From: a virus
Reading direction: 5' to 3' (one strand)
IMG/VR virus record: IMGVR_UViG_3300027754_000055
Location: 32,001-96,000 of that record
Length of the DNA: 64,000 nt
Below, piece by piece: positions 1 to 8,290 of the stretch. The notes under the pieces are model-generated. The model was not told where the DNA came from. It worked only from the letters and a program-made list of their open reading frames with translations, and did no database searches. The translations under genes and the position numbers were made by a program. Every line of letters begins with the position of its first letter. Positions within the stretch are counted from its first letter, which is position 1.

Positions 1-123
1 ATGGAAGGCATCAATATGCAAGAGAAATCAGCAAACCATTTCTTTGTTGCTGATTCTATTCCACGTAAAAGGATCAAGAAAATTATCCAAATAAGTGCAT
101 TTGTGCCGGATTTCAGTTTTTAT
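1..123 (+). pseudogene. Partial ART-fold-like host gene interrupted by IS (continues at 1481..1519); identical to 45530..45652
   Basis: Frame ...FSFY ends in TTTAT (119-123); removing 124..1480 gives in-frame NTQEEAILGTDK* with the next ATG at 1521. Confidence 0.75.
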
Positions 124-1480
124 TGCATGAGCAGAAAACCCACAGGCTCGTCCTGTGGGATGAATGCGATTCATATAGAAAAATAAATTTACACCATACT
201 TAATATTAGGTATAAAGTAAATGGTTCTGCAAAACAAAACATACCAATTTAGAATCTATCCAAACACAGAACAGCAAAATTTGTTTGCTAAAATGTTTGG
301 ATGTTCTCGTTTTGTTTGGAATTATTTTCTCAATAAAGAAAAAGAACATTTTCTAAAAAATAAAGAAAAAATCGAAGAAGAAAGAACAAAAAATTTTCTT
401 TCTTATTTTGATAATGCAAAAGCTTTAACTCTTTTAAAGCAAAACCCAGAAACTAAATTTTTAAAAGATGCAAACTCACAAAGCCTTCAAGTAGCACTTA
501 AAAATCTAGATATTGCTTACAAAAGATTTTTCAAAAAGCAAAGTGGTTTTCCAAATTTCAAAAAGAAATTTGGAAAACAATCTATTTGTATTCCGCAAAG
601 CCTTTCAATCGAAAATGGAATGCTCCATATTCCAAAGTTTAAAACCGGAATTAAAATTAAACAGCACAGACCAATCAAAGGCAGGATCACAACTTCAACC
701 ATTACCAAAACACCAACCAACAAGTATTTTGTTTCTATTTCTGTAGAAGAAACCATTCATAACTTACCAAAAATAAACAATGCTGTTGGAGTTGATCTTG
801 GAATCAAGAGTTTCGCTTTTTTGTCTAATGGAGAAGAGATATCGAATCCAAAATATCTTGTTAAGCATTCAAACCAACTAAAGAAACAACAGCAATATCT
901 TTCAAGAAAATTGAAAGGTTCAAATAGAAGAAAAAAACAAAAGCTAAAAGTAGCAAAAATTCACGAAAGAATTACCAATCTCCGAAAAGATTTTCAGCAT
1001 AAACTTTCTTCGAAATTAGTTCACGAAAACCAAGTGATTTGTATAGAAGATTTAAGTATTAAAAACATGTTGAAAAACCATAAATTATCAAAAGCCATTC
1101 AAGACAGTTCTTGGAGTAGTTTTGTTAATTTGTTAGAATATAAGTGCAAGTGGTACGGAAGAACATTAATCAAAGTTGATAGATTTTTTCCAAGTTCTAA
1201 AACTTGTTCGGACTGTGGCTACATCAACCAAAATCTAAAACTCAAGGACAGAGAATGGATTTGCAAAGGTTGCGGAGTAGTTCAACAGAGGGATTGGAAT
1301 GCATCAAAAAATATTCTTAAGCAAGGCTTAAACCTTGTTGATAGATCGTTCGGAACGAACGATCACGAGCATGGAGGAAATATAAAACCAAGTGCAAACT
1401 TGGAAATTTCCGATGAAGTGCTTAAAGTTCTAGAGATAAACTCTTTAGAAGCTCACAGGCTTGTCCTGTGAGTAGTTCAC
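124..1480 (+). mobile_element. IS200/IS605-family non-autonomous (tnpB-only) element, copy 1
   Basis: TTTAT target; LE hairpin CCCACAGG-CTCGT-CCTGTGGG; RE hairpin CTCACAGG-CTTGT-CCTGTGAG followed by TAGTTCAC; contains only tnpB. Confidence 0.9.
221..1471 (+). CDS. tnpB: RNA-guided endonuclease TnpB
   Basis: N-terminal FRIYP HTH; RuvC motifs GVDLG, IEDL, RDWNA; Zn finger CSDC/CKGC. Confidence 0.95.
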   Translation: MVLQNKTYQFRIYPNTEQQNLFAKMFGCSRFVWNYFLNKEKEHFLKNKEKIEEERTKNFLSYFDNAKALTLLKQNPETKFLKDANSQSLQVALKNLDIAYKRFFKKQSGFPNFKKKFGKQSICIPQSLSIENGMLHIPKFKTGIKIKQHRPIKGRITTSTITKTPTNKYFVSISVEETIHNLPKINNAVGVDLGIKSFAFLSNGEEISNPKYLVKHSNQLKKQQQYLSRKLKGSNRRKKQKLKVAKIHERITNLRKDFQHKLSSKLVHENQVICIEDLSIKNMLKNHKLSKAIQDSSWSSFVNLLEYKCKWYGRTLIKVDRFFPSSKTCSDCGYINQNLKLKDREWICKGCGVVQQRDWNASKNILKQGLNLVDRSFGTNDHEHGGNIKPSANLEISDEVLKVLEINSLEAHRLVL

Positions 1481-1520
1481 AATACTCAAGAAGAAGCAAT
1501 ACTAGGAACAGATAAATAAC

Positions 1521-1661
1521 ATGAAAACTGTTTATGTTGTTGCTAGCCATGAATCATATGGCGGTACAGAAATTGCTCATATCTTTTCTTCAGAATCCGC
1601 AGAAACTGAAACGATAGAACACCACAAAAAACAATCCAGTATATCAATACCATTATATTGA
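1521..1661 (+). CDS. Small hypothetical protein (MKTVYVV...), possibly frameshifted at an A6 run
   Basis: ATG directly after the restored upstream stop; the alternative frame runs on to an ATGA overlap with 1698. Confidence 0.45.
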   Translation: MKTVYVVASHESYGGTEIAHIFSSESAETETIEHHKKQSSISIPLY

Positions 1662-1697
1662 TTATTTTGAAAGAAATATAGAAGAAAGTTTTACGTC

Positions 1698-1964
1698 ATG
1701 AATATTGGTAAAATATATGAACTTAAAGCAAAATATTGGTTTATATTTCCATCAAAGGAACTGGCTGCAATAGGCACTGATGAGGGTATAACTTTGCCGC
1801 TACGAGACAATGTTAGTACATTCGGAAAAAATAGTCTTGTTATTTTTTTGGAAGAAGATGGAGATTTAAAAAAGCTACTGACTTCTGATGGAACGATCGG
1901 TTGGGTTATTATATATGACCAGTATCTTGGTTGCTTTGAGGAAGTAAAGATCCACGGCAAATAA
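1698..1964 (+). CDS. IGKLY/GxIGW paralog family protein (SH3-like, predicted)
   Basis: MNIGKIY...KLLTSDGTIGWV. Confidence 0.8.
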   Translation: MNIGKIYELKAKYWFIFPSKELAAIGTDEGITLPLRDNVSTFGKNSLVIFLEEDGDLKKLLTSDGTIGWVIIYDQYLGCFEEVKIHGK

Positions 1965-2056
1965 CCAAAAATATCTCTTTACTTCATTTATTTGATGTGC
2001 TATAGTAGTTTTAAATATTCTAAAATTATTTAGGAACGATTGCAAGGATTAAATAC

Positions 2057-2368
2057 ATGAACCAAGTTTTGGAATTCCATTTGGCTGAAGCGTGGCTTAA
2101 ACTAAACAAATCAAAACAGCCATGCATCATGTTTCGTTATTGGGAAGATCATGAAGAAGGAGAAACCTCAATTCGATATTTTCAAAGGATCTTCACAAGA
2201 GCAAAGATTGATGTGCACTTTCCTCGTGATACAAGTTCGGAATATATTGTAGCAGATGTTGATGCTAGTTTAGTGTACAAAATTGTACAAGAAGTGCATA
2301 GCTACGATAAATGGGGAGAAAATCTTTATGGATGGGACGGTACAACCTTTTACTGGTCAAGAGATTGA
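2057..2368 (+). CDS. Hypothetical protein
   Basis: ORF with AAGGA RBS and TTTACT-17-TATAGT promoter. Confidence 0.75.
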   Translation: MNQVLEFHLAEAWLKLNKSKQPCIMFRYWEDHEEGETSIRYFQRIFTRAKIDVHFPRDTSSEYIVADVDASLVYKIVQEVHSYDKWGENLYGWDGTTFYWSRD

Positions 2369-2374
2369 AATCAA

Positions 2375-2665
2375 TTAAGTCGAAACTTTAGCTTTTTTTG
2401 TATTTGCTACAAATTGTTTGCGGCCACCTTTTGACTTTGTTTTCTTTTTCTTTGCGGTAGCTGCACGCTGTTTTTTGCTCAATGAATAAGCTTTGGCGGC
2501 AGGAAGACAACGATCTGGATTTGATTTATTCTTGCTTGTCCCACATTCACCAGCAACCTTACCAGAAGAGGTTACACGTTTCCATTTTTGCTTGAACCAT
2601 TTGCGTAAATCTTCTTCAATCATCTCTTTGATGATAGTTTTAATAGATTCTTCTAGTGATTCCAT
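2375..2665 (-). CDS. Small basic phage protein with IKTIIKE leader
   Basis: MESLEESIKTIIKEMIEE then LRKWFKQKW...CG...RCLP. Confidence 0.75.
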   Translation of the reverse strand: MESLEESIKTIIKEMIEEDLRKWFKQKWKRVTSSGKVAGECGTSKNKSNPDRCLPAAKAYSLSKKQRAATAKKKKTKSKGGRKQFVANTKKAKVST

Positions 2666-2898
2666 AATTTCATGATTTCTTCTTTGATAATATCTTTGAG
2701 TTGATCATAAGATTCATTAGCTTTCTTCTTTTTTCTCCAGCCGCCACCTTTGCTTTTATACCATCTTGAAGCCCAAGCCATCTTATAAGCAGAATGTTTT
2801 GTAAATTTTTTACTTGCAGCAGCTTTTGCTCTAGACCACAAGGCAGGATTTGTTGGAGAGTTCTCGCCCTCTTCAAGATATTCTAGTTCGTTTTCCAT
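2653..2898 (-). CDS. Small basic phage protein with C-terminal LKDIIKE tag
   Basis: PTNPALWSRAKA...WYKSKGGGW; TAATTA 6 nt before ATG. Confidence 0.75.
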   Translation of the reverse strand: MENELEYLEEGENSPTNPALWSRAKAAASKKFTKHSAYKMAWASRWYKSKGGGWRKKKKANESYDQLKDIIKEEIMKLWNH

Positions 2899-2997
2899 AA
2901 CACTTAATTAGTTTTATATAAAAAAATAATTGGATTCTAATTAATATGTGTACAAAAAGAAAATAAACTTGTTTAATATACGAAAGGAAGAATAATC

Positions 2998-3504
2998 ATG
3001 CATTTCAACTCATTCGTATATTGGCTAAACGGGTTTTTTGAGCTTTCGGGGGCAACCACACTAGACGAAAAACAGGTTAAAATTATCAAAGAGCATATTG
3101 CTCTGACTTTAACAAAGGTCACTCCGACATCATATGAAAGCCCATTAACTATACCGCCATTTGATGTTGAGCGGACCATTAAAAACATGGGCCGTAACGC
3201 ATATATTCAAGAACAAATAAGATTATTCCCAGGTGTTATTTGTGGAAGTTGTGGAAAAACTTGCTCAGAAGAAGGTGGCACTTGTAAGGTTTGCCAAAAA
3301 AATGAATCCCTTAAAGCAGTACCCGCCGAAAATATATTAAATCTTACTACTCACCTATGCACAGAATGTGTAGTCATCTGTCCAAACTCACGAAAAATTG
3401 AAGATCATATTGGTCGCACTTGCCCATTATGTAAAGTGTATTGCAAAAATTTAGAAGCAAAAGATCTGCCAATCATTAATGTTCCAACGATCCTAACCTG
3501 CTAA
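2998..3504 (+). CDS. Hypothetical protein with Cys-rich (Zn-ribbon-like) C-terminus
   Basis: FVYWLNGFFE N-terminus; several CxxC; AAGGA RBS. Confidence 0.75.
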   Translation: MHFNSFVYWLNGFFELSGATTLDEKQVKIIKEHIALTLTKVTPTSYESPLTIPPFDVERTIKNMGRNAYIQEQIRLFPGVICGSCGKTCSEEGGTCKVCQKNESLKAVPAENILNLTTHLCTECVVICPNSRKIEDHIGRTCPLCKVYCKNLEAKDLPIINVPTILTC

Positions 3505-3547
3505 CAAAACATAAAACCATCTACTTATGCTACATAAGGATGATGCC

Positions 3548-4033
3548 ATGAAACTTAGTGAAAAAAAATTATTAAAACAAATTATTAAAGAATCTATTTT
3601 GGTGAAAATCATTGGTGATGTGAACGAAGGCCATATAAGCAATATGGCAAGAGGCATTAAGGGTTTATTTAGTAAGTCAGAAGATGTACCAAGAAGCGTA
3701 CCAAAAGATGTACCAGAAAAAGTTAAAGATGTTCAAGATATTTCAAAAATTCCCGAAACAAGAAGTCTATGGCTACTTATCGGAAATGAAATAAAAGCAC
3801 AAAATGACGATTCAGAACGCACAGGATCAGTTTACCGTTGGATGGGTTTTTCTGATGAATATATAGAGAAATTTGGTAAAATATTTAAAAATCTTTTACC
3901 GCAACACATGGAACTAGTATTAAATTATTACAAATCTTTTAAAGATTCCGATTATGGGCCAGGATTTGACTCTATGATCGAAAAATTTCAAGAAATATAT
4001 GAGATCAGGTCAGCATCTAAAGGTAGATATTGA
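3548..4033 (+). CDS. LKQIIKE-leader protein (putative virion internal protein)
   Basis: MKLSEKKLLKQIIKE; TACTTA at 3522 and AAGGA RBS favour start 3548. Confidence 0.7.
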   Translation: MKLSEKKLLKQIIKESILVKIIGDVNEGHISNMARGIKGLFSKSEDVPRSVPKDVPEKVKDVQDISKIPETRSLWLLIGNEIKAQNDDSERTGSVYRWMGFSDEYIEKFGKIFKNLLPQHMELVLNYYKSFKDSDYGPGFDSMIEKFQEIYEIRSASKGRY

Positions 4034-4043
4034 TAATTTTCCA

Positions 4044-4391
4044 CTAAATCATCTCGCACTCAACCCAAACTCTGATTAAATCAGAGTTTAAAGATGTTTT
4101 TCGATTGTTGTAACTTCCTTTGACTCTAAAGTCTGCAATTTTGCAGTTGATATAATCAAACTTAACTTTTGTTGAACCGTCTTCGTTCAGAAACTTAAGT
4201 TCAGCTTTTCGTGGATTTTTATCTTTTCTCCATTGCTGGAGTTGATTGATTGTTGAAGGAATCTGGCAATCCCACATCACAAGATCTATTTTGGTTGTTG
4301 ATGCCTCAACTGATTCTACCAAAAATGCATCAATTCCTTCAATTGAACATACAAACCGTTGCTCAGCCGTTGTAATAATTTCTTTTTCCAT
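4044..4391 (-). CDS. Divergent tail-tube (gp19-like) paralog
   Basis: RFVCSIEGIDAFL...PSTINQLQQWR...LKFLNEDG resembles T4-like tube proteins; GGAG RBS before ATG 4391. Confidence 0.45.
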   Translation of the reverse strand: MEKEIITTAEQRFVCSIEGIDAFLVESVEASTTKIDLVMWDCQIPSTINQLQQWRKDKNPRKAELKFLNEDGSTKVKFDYINCKIADFRVKGSYNNRKTSLNSDLIRVWVECEMI

Positions 4392-4491
4392 TTTGTCTCC
4401 TAGCTGTGTAACAGATGTTCGTACACAGGCTGTTATGTACTTTACAAATAATATTTCGTCATGTATAGTGATAATCAATTATATTAACGAT

Positions 4492-4752
4492 ATGACAAAC
4501 TACAACCAAAATATTGGTGATTTATTTACAATCACATTTTGTTCTTCTTGGCCAATGTGTAATGCAATAGGACAATTTGTGAGAAATGTAAATAACAATG
4601 AAATTGTTATGATTCTAGAGTACAGGCCACCTCCACATGTTATTCCATCGTATTCCTCAAATTCAGAAGGAATGGCTAAGGTATTATGTGCCGAAGGATG
4701 TGTCGGCTATGTTCCAATTAAGTTCCTTAAAATAATAAGAAAAGAAAAATAA
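4492..4752 (+). CDS. IGKLY/GxIGW paralog
   Basis: NIGDLF...KVLCAEGCVGYV; TTTACA-17-TATAGT upstream. Confidence 0.75.
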   Translation: MTNYNQNIGDLFTITFCSSWPMCNAIGQFVRNVNNNEIVMILEYRPPPHVIPSYSSNSEGMAKVLCAEGCVGYVPIKFLKIIRKEK

Positions 4753-4753
4753 T

Positions 4754-5050
4754 ATGAAAAAAGTATATGTTTTATTGGAATGGCTTGAAGTTGATGTTTG
4801 TGGAGTACATAGCGTCTATGCAAGTAAAGAACTACTTGTAAAAGCGTTACTTGAAACAAAGAATAGTTCAGTTTACAGCAATGCAATGGCTTATTGGAAA
4901 AAATGTATTTGGGCCAATGGAACAACGGTTGACAAATCCAGATATGATAATTTCGAATCATTCCTGATAGATTATATTGAAAAAGTAATTAGCAAAAACC
5001 CACAGTGTCTGTTTGACTGTGTAGGCGAAGCAGAGGTGATCTGTGAGTGA
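4754..5050 (+). CDS. Hypothetical protein (MKKVYV...SVYAS)
   Basis: Coupled ORF. Confidence 0.7.
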   Translation: MKKVYVLLEWLEVDVCGVHSVYASKELLVKALLETKNSSVYSNAMAYWKKCIWANGTTVDKSRYDNFESFLIDYIEKVISKNPQCLFDCVGEAEVICE

Positions 5051-5309
5051 GTACGAAAACCTAGAAATTGGAGGATTATACCATTATACGGTCGGAAGGC
5101 GCATTATTTTTTATGGGCCGAAAGGTAGTCTTTTAATCTCTAACAAGCAAGACGAACTAATTTCAGCAAACGAACCATTTGTTCTACTGGAAATCGGAAA
5201 GATGCACCTAAACACCTTTAGATGCAAGATATTATCGGCAAAAGGTATTGTCGGTTATATAGATACAAGATCAGAGTGTATTCTGAAGATCCCTGGTGAA
5301 AATCAATGA
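5043..5309 (+). CDS. IGKLY/GxIGW paralog
   Basis: LEIGGLY...KILSAKGIVGYI. Confidence 0.8.
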   Translation: MSEYENLEIGGLYHYTVGRRIIFYGPKGSLLISNKQDELISANEPFVLLEIGKMHLNTFRCKILSAKGIVGYIDTRSECILKIPGENQ

Positions 5310-5851
5310 GTGAACAAGAAAAATTTGAAGAAACAGATGCCATGGAATTGCTTAACCATCCTTATGATGATCCTACCCAAGCAATCATATGTTTCTTTCC
5401 AACCACCAACTTTGCAATGTTGTCAGTAACAGACAACTGGTGTTCACTTGTAGCTCGTACCTGCTTTGTACCAACAAAGGTCGAGAAATCCAAAAAACCA
5501 GATCATCCATGGATGGTATATTTGGACTATTATTTTGGTCAAGCTGTGATGGCACCATACAAAAGCATTTGGACCGACAAAGAACCGCAGTTGATGAAAG
5601 TGCTAAAACTGAAATCCATCAACCTTGAGATTGGGAAACTTTACGACACACACGTAAATGCCATGAATAGGCATTCATGGCCCGTGATGAGTAATTTATG
5701 TGATCATAACTACATCCCGCCACTTGCTAATCTCAAACAAAACGATTGGGTAGTCTTGCTTGAACTCATTCCAGAACACAAAAAAGCAAAAGTGTTAACC
5801 GCAAATGGATTGATTGGCTGGATTCCATCTGTGTTGTTAAAAGATCTGTGA
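5306..5851 (+). CDS. Fusion protein with C-terminal IGKLY/GxIGW domain
   Basis: LEIGKLY...KVLTANGLIGWI. Confidence 0.75.
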   Translation: MSEQEKFEETDAMELLNHPYDDPTQAIICFFPTTNFAMLSVTDNWCSLVARTCFVPTKVEKSKKPDHPWMVYLDYYFGQAVMAPYKSIWTDKEPQLMKVLKLKSINLEIGKLYDTHVNAMNRHSWPVMSNLCDHNYIPPLANLKQNDWVVLLELIPEHKKAKVLTANGLIGWIPSVLLKDL

Positions 5852-5954
5852 AAAGGAAATCACAGTAGATGTATAGGCTAAACTTTGGTTAGTGACCAAA
5901 GTTCTTCAACCAATATACTTGATAACTTGATTTCTATAGGCTATAACTAAAACC

Positions 5955-6437
5955 ATGAATCATAAAGAACTATATGTGCTACTTGACTCCGATGGCGATA
6001 TCGTTGAAACATTCCCAGAGAACTCCAGCTACGCTCATATGTTCGACATAAGGCAGTCTATATGCCCTTCTGGTGCCATCCATCGTGCAACATTGGTCAT
6101 TGGGCAGGAAGAGCATGAGAGGCTACAGACGGCCCCTTCAAAGCTCGTTGCAGCTGCTCCGGTTAGAAGAAGGCTGGTTGCCCGCTGGAGGAACAGTGCG
6201 GCGGGAGAAGAAGACAAAGACAAAGACCTTGAGCGAGAGCGAGAGATATTGGGAGAAGTTGTAAGAAAACAACTGCAAGAATTTCTGATGGAAGATATCA
6301 GCAAAGAAAACGAACAAGAAGATGTTGCGAATGCGCTGATATCAGCGCAACACCAAACAGATCCATCCACTGCGGTTGATAAAGAAGCTTTCATAAAAGC
6401 GTTTGCTGAGATGACAGAAAGAAGAAGAAAACAATGA
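5955..6437 (+). CDS. Hypothetical coiled-coil protein
   Basis: ORF behind sigma70-like promoter. Confidence 0.65.
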   Translation: MNHKELYVLLDSDGDIVETFPENSSYAHMFDIRQSICPSGAIHRATLVIGQEEHERLQTAPSKLVAAAPVRRRLVARWRNSAAGEEDKDKDLEREREILGEVVRKQLQEFLMEDISKENEQEDVANALISAQHQTDPSTAVDKEAFIKAFAEMTERRRKQ

Positions 6438-6754
6438 TAACAGACAATACAAAACTATTCGAGTTCGTATATGATGCCGTAATTTCTGAAGGAGGAGACG
6501 GAGACTGTGCGGTAGTCCTTGAGTTGCAAGATCACAAGGCTGTATCTGACCAGTTTGAAATATTTCTCAAAACAAAGCCGTATGGCAACTGGCAGAGAGA
6601 AATTAGAGATAATGGAGATATCGGTTTCTGGGACCAGCAGGAATCCATTGTATTTTCTAATCATGATCACTTCTGTTCTTTTTTGGATGGTGCATCTGGC
6701 AAGGGATATCCAGAAGACAAGATTCCTTGCACGCAAAAAGTTATTACATTATGA
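6434..6754 (+). CDS. Hypothetical protein
   Basis: ATGA overlap with upstream gene. Confidence 0.7.
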   Translation: MITDNTKLFEFVYDAVISEGGDGDCAVVLELQDHKAVSDQFEIFLKTKPYGNWQREIRDNGDIGFWDQQESIVFSNHDHFCSFLDGASGKGYPEDKIPCTQKVITL

Positions 6755-6791
6755 TAGCAAACATCACATTGCCCGCAAGGAGATAAGAACA

Positions 6792-7148
6792 ATGACACAA
6801 GAAGAAAAAGATGATACGAAGCTTGCAGCGTTCAAAAAACATGCACAATGGATTATCGCCACCAATCCAGAGGATAAAGCGGTTTATCTATTAAAAGATA
6901 AAACAGATTCAAACAACTGGGGATTCCTTGTGGTGAGCATGGAAGGCGAATCACTGGATAATCATTGCGGCGATTGTCAAAGGGAATCAATCGTGTTCTA
7001 TAAGTTCAGAGGAACTCCAGAAATGCCTTGTCCAGCAATGTTTGGTATTGTTGGGCCAACAAAGTTTAAACGGATTCTGGATGGATCAGAAAAAGAATTA
7101 CTAGGAAAGTTCATTTTATGTGAAAAAATAGGTGGTTACAATGGATAA
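6792..7148 (+). CDS. Hypothetical protein
   Basis: AAGGAG RBS before MTQEEK; upstream part of listed ORF overlaps previous gene. Confidence 0.65.
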   Translation: MTQEEKDDTKLAAFKKHAQWIIATNPEDKAVYLLKDKTDSNNWGFLVVSMEGESLDNHCGDCQRESIVFYKFRGTPEMPCPAMFGIVGPTKFKRILDGSEKELLGKFILCEKIGGYNG

Positions 7149-7737
7149 ATCACAAAATTACATGGCTATTGATTTAGAACTAAATACTGATACCGATGGA
7201 CAAACCACTAAGATTATTCAAGTGGGTATTGCGATTGGTAATGCAGAACAACCAGATGACATATTGATAAAAAGCTGGTATATTAATCCAGAAGAGCCAT
7301 TATCACCACATATCCAAGCACTCACTGGGATTACCGAAAACAATGTTAAGCAAGGCTCTACTCCAATCAATCAGATTGCCGATGAAATTGGTAAATTGAT
7401 TCAATCAAAAAAGGTCTTTGTGAATCCCATTCAGTGGGGCGGTGGAGATGCTGATGAATTAAAGAAGTTATTTGAAGATAATCAAATTGAATTTCCTTAC
7501 TTTGGTCATAGAATAATCGATGTAAAAACATTTTTTGTTTTCATCGAACTTGCTAACGATAGATCTCTTGCCGGTGGCTTACGCTCTTGCATGAATAAAT
7601 ATAAATTAGATTTTATTGGCAAACCACACAGGGCTGATGTAGATGCTTTTAATACACTGCGTTTCTATTTCTTTTTAATAGAGCGGCAAAGAAAACTAGA
7701 AGCCATGATGCAAACAATTAAATCAATCAAATATTAA
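7141..7737 (+). CDS. DEDDh 3'-5' exonuclease
   Basis: AIDLE, GGGD, HRADVDA motifs. Confidence 0.88.
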   Translation: MDKSQNYMAIDLELNTDTDGQTTKIIQVGIAIGNAEQPDDILIKSWYINPEEPLSPHIQALTGITENNVKQGSTPINQIADEIGKLIQSKKVFVNPIQWGGGDADELKKLFEDNQIEFPYFGHRIIDVKTFFVFIELANDRSLAGGLRSCMNKYKLDFIGKPHRADVDAFNTLRFYFFLIERQRKLEAMMQTIKSIKY

Positions 7738-7742
7738 TTGGC

Positions 7743-8207
7743 ATGAAACAGTATATAATCAATTCATTTCTTCACCCGTTCCTATCTGATTATAAAATAT
7801 ATAGAAAATGGATTGGCGGTGAATGGAGTCGTAGATATATTGATTACGCATACAATGACATCTGGTTTTTAAAATCAGATCCTGTACCAATGTGTGCTAG
7901 AGGCATGGCATATTGTGAATACTACCATAAAGAAACAATGCCTTTTAACCAATTAAAAATTGGTAAATTATATCAAATGGTTTCTGGATATGAAACCGTT
8001 GGGATAAGAGACGAAAATGGCGAAGAAGTAGGGCGTGTAAAATTAAAAGATCCTATCGTATATCTTGGGTTTTGTCACAATCCGACAATCGAAAATGATT
8101 GGGGCGAATTAATTAAGCTGGATTATAAGTTTTTAACCTGTGATGGATTAGTCGGTTTTATACCAACCGATAGAGATGTTGGCTTTATTGCCGCCGAAAT
8201 TATCTGA
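7743..8207 (+). CDS. Fusion protein with C-terminal IGKLY/GxIGW domain
   Basis: LKIGKLY...KFLTCDGLVGFI. Confidence 0.75.
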   Translation: MKQYIINSFLHPFLSDYKIYRKWIGGEWSRRYIDYAYNDIWFLKSDPVPMCARGMAYCEYYHKETMPFNQLKIGKLYQMVSGYETVGIRDENGEEVGRVKLKDPIVYLGFCHNPTIENDWGELIKLDYKFLTCDGLVGFIPTDRDVGFIAAEII

Positions 8208-8247
8208 ACCATCTCATCGCTATCAATTAAAATAATTAATTTGGTGA

Positions 8248-8276
8248 TTGACTGGTTATGTATGTAATGCTATCAT
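8248..8276 (+). promoter_or_regulatory. Sigma70-like promoter
   Basis: TTGACT-17-TATCAT with extended TG. Confidence 0.7.
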
Positions 8277-8290
8277 CAATCCAAGTACAA

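Larger units (their letters stand above)
1..1480. repeat. 1480-bp inverted repeat of 44173..45652
   Basis: Reverse complement match including 123 bp outside the IS; at least two substitutions (1079, 1364; H->Y in TnpB). Confidence 0.95.
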
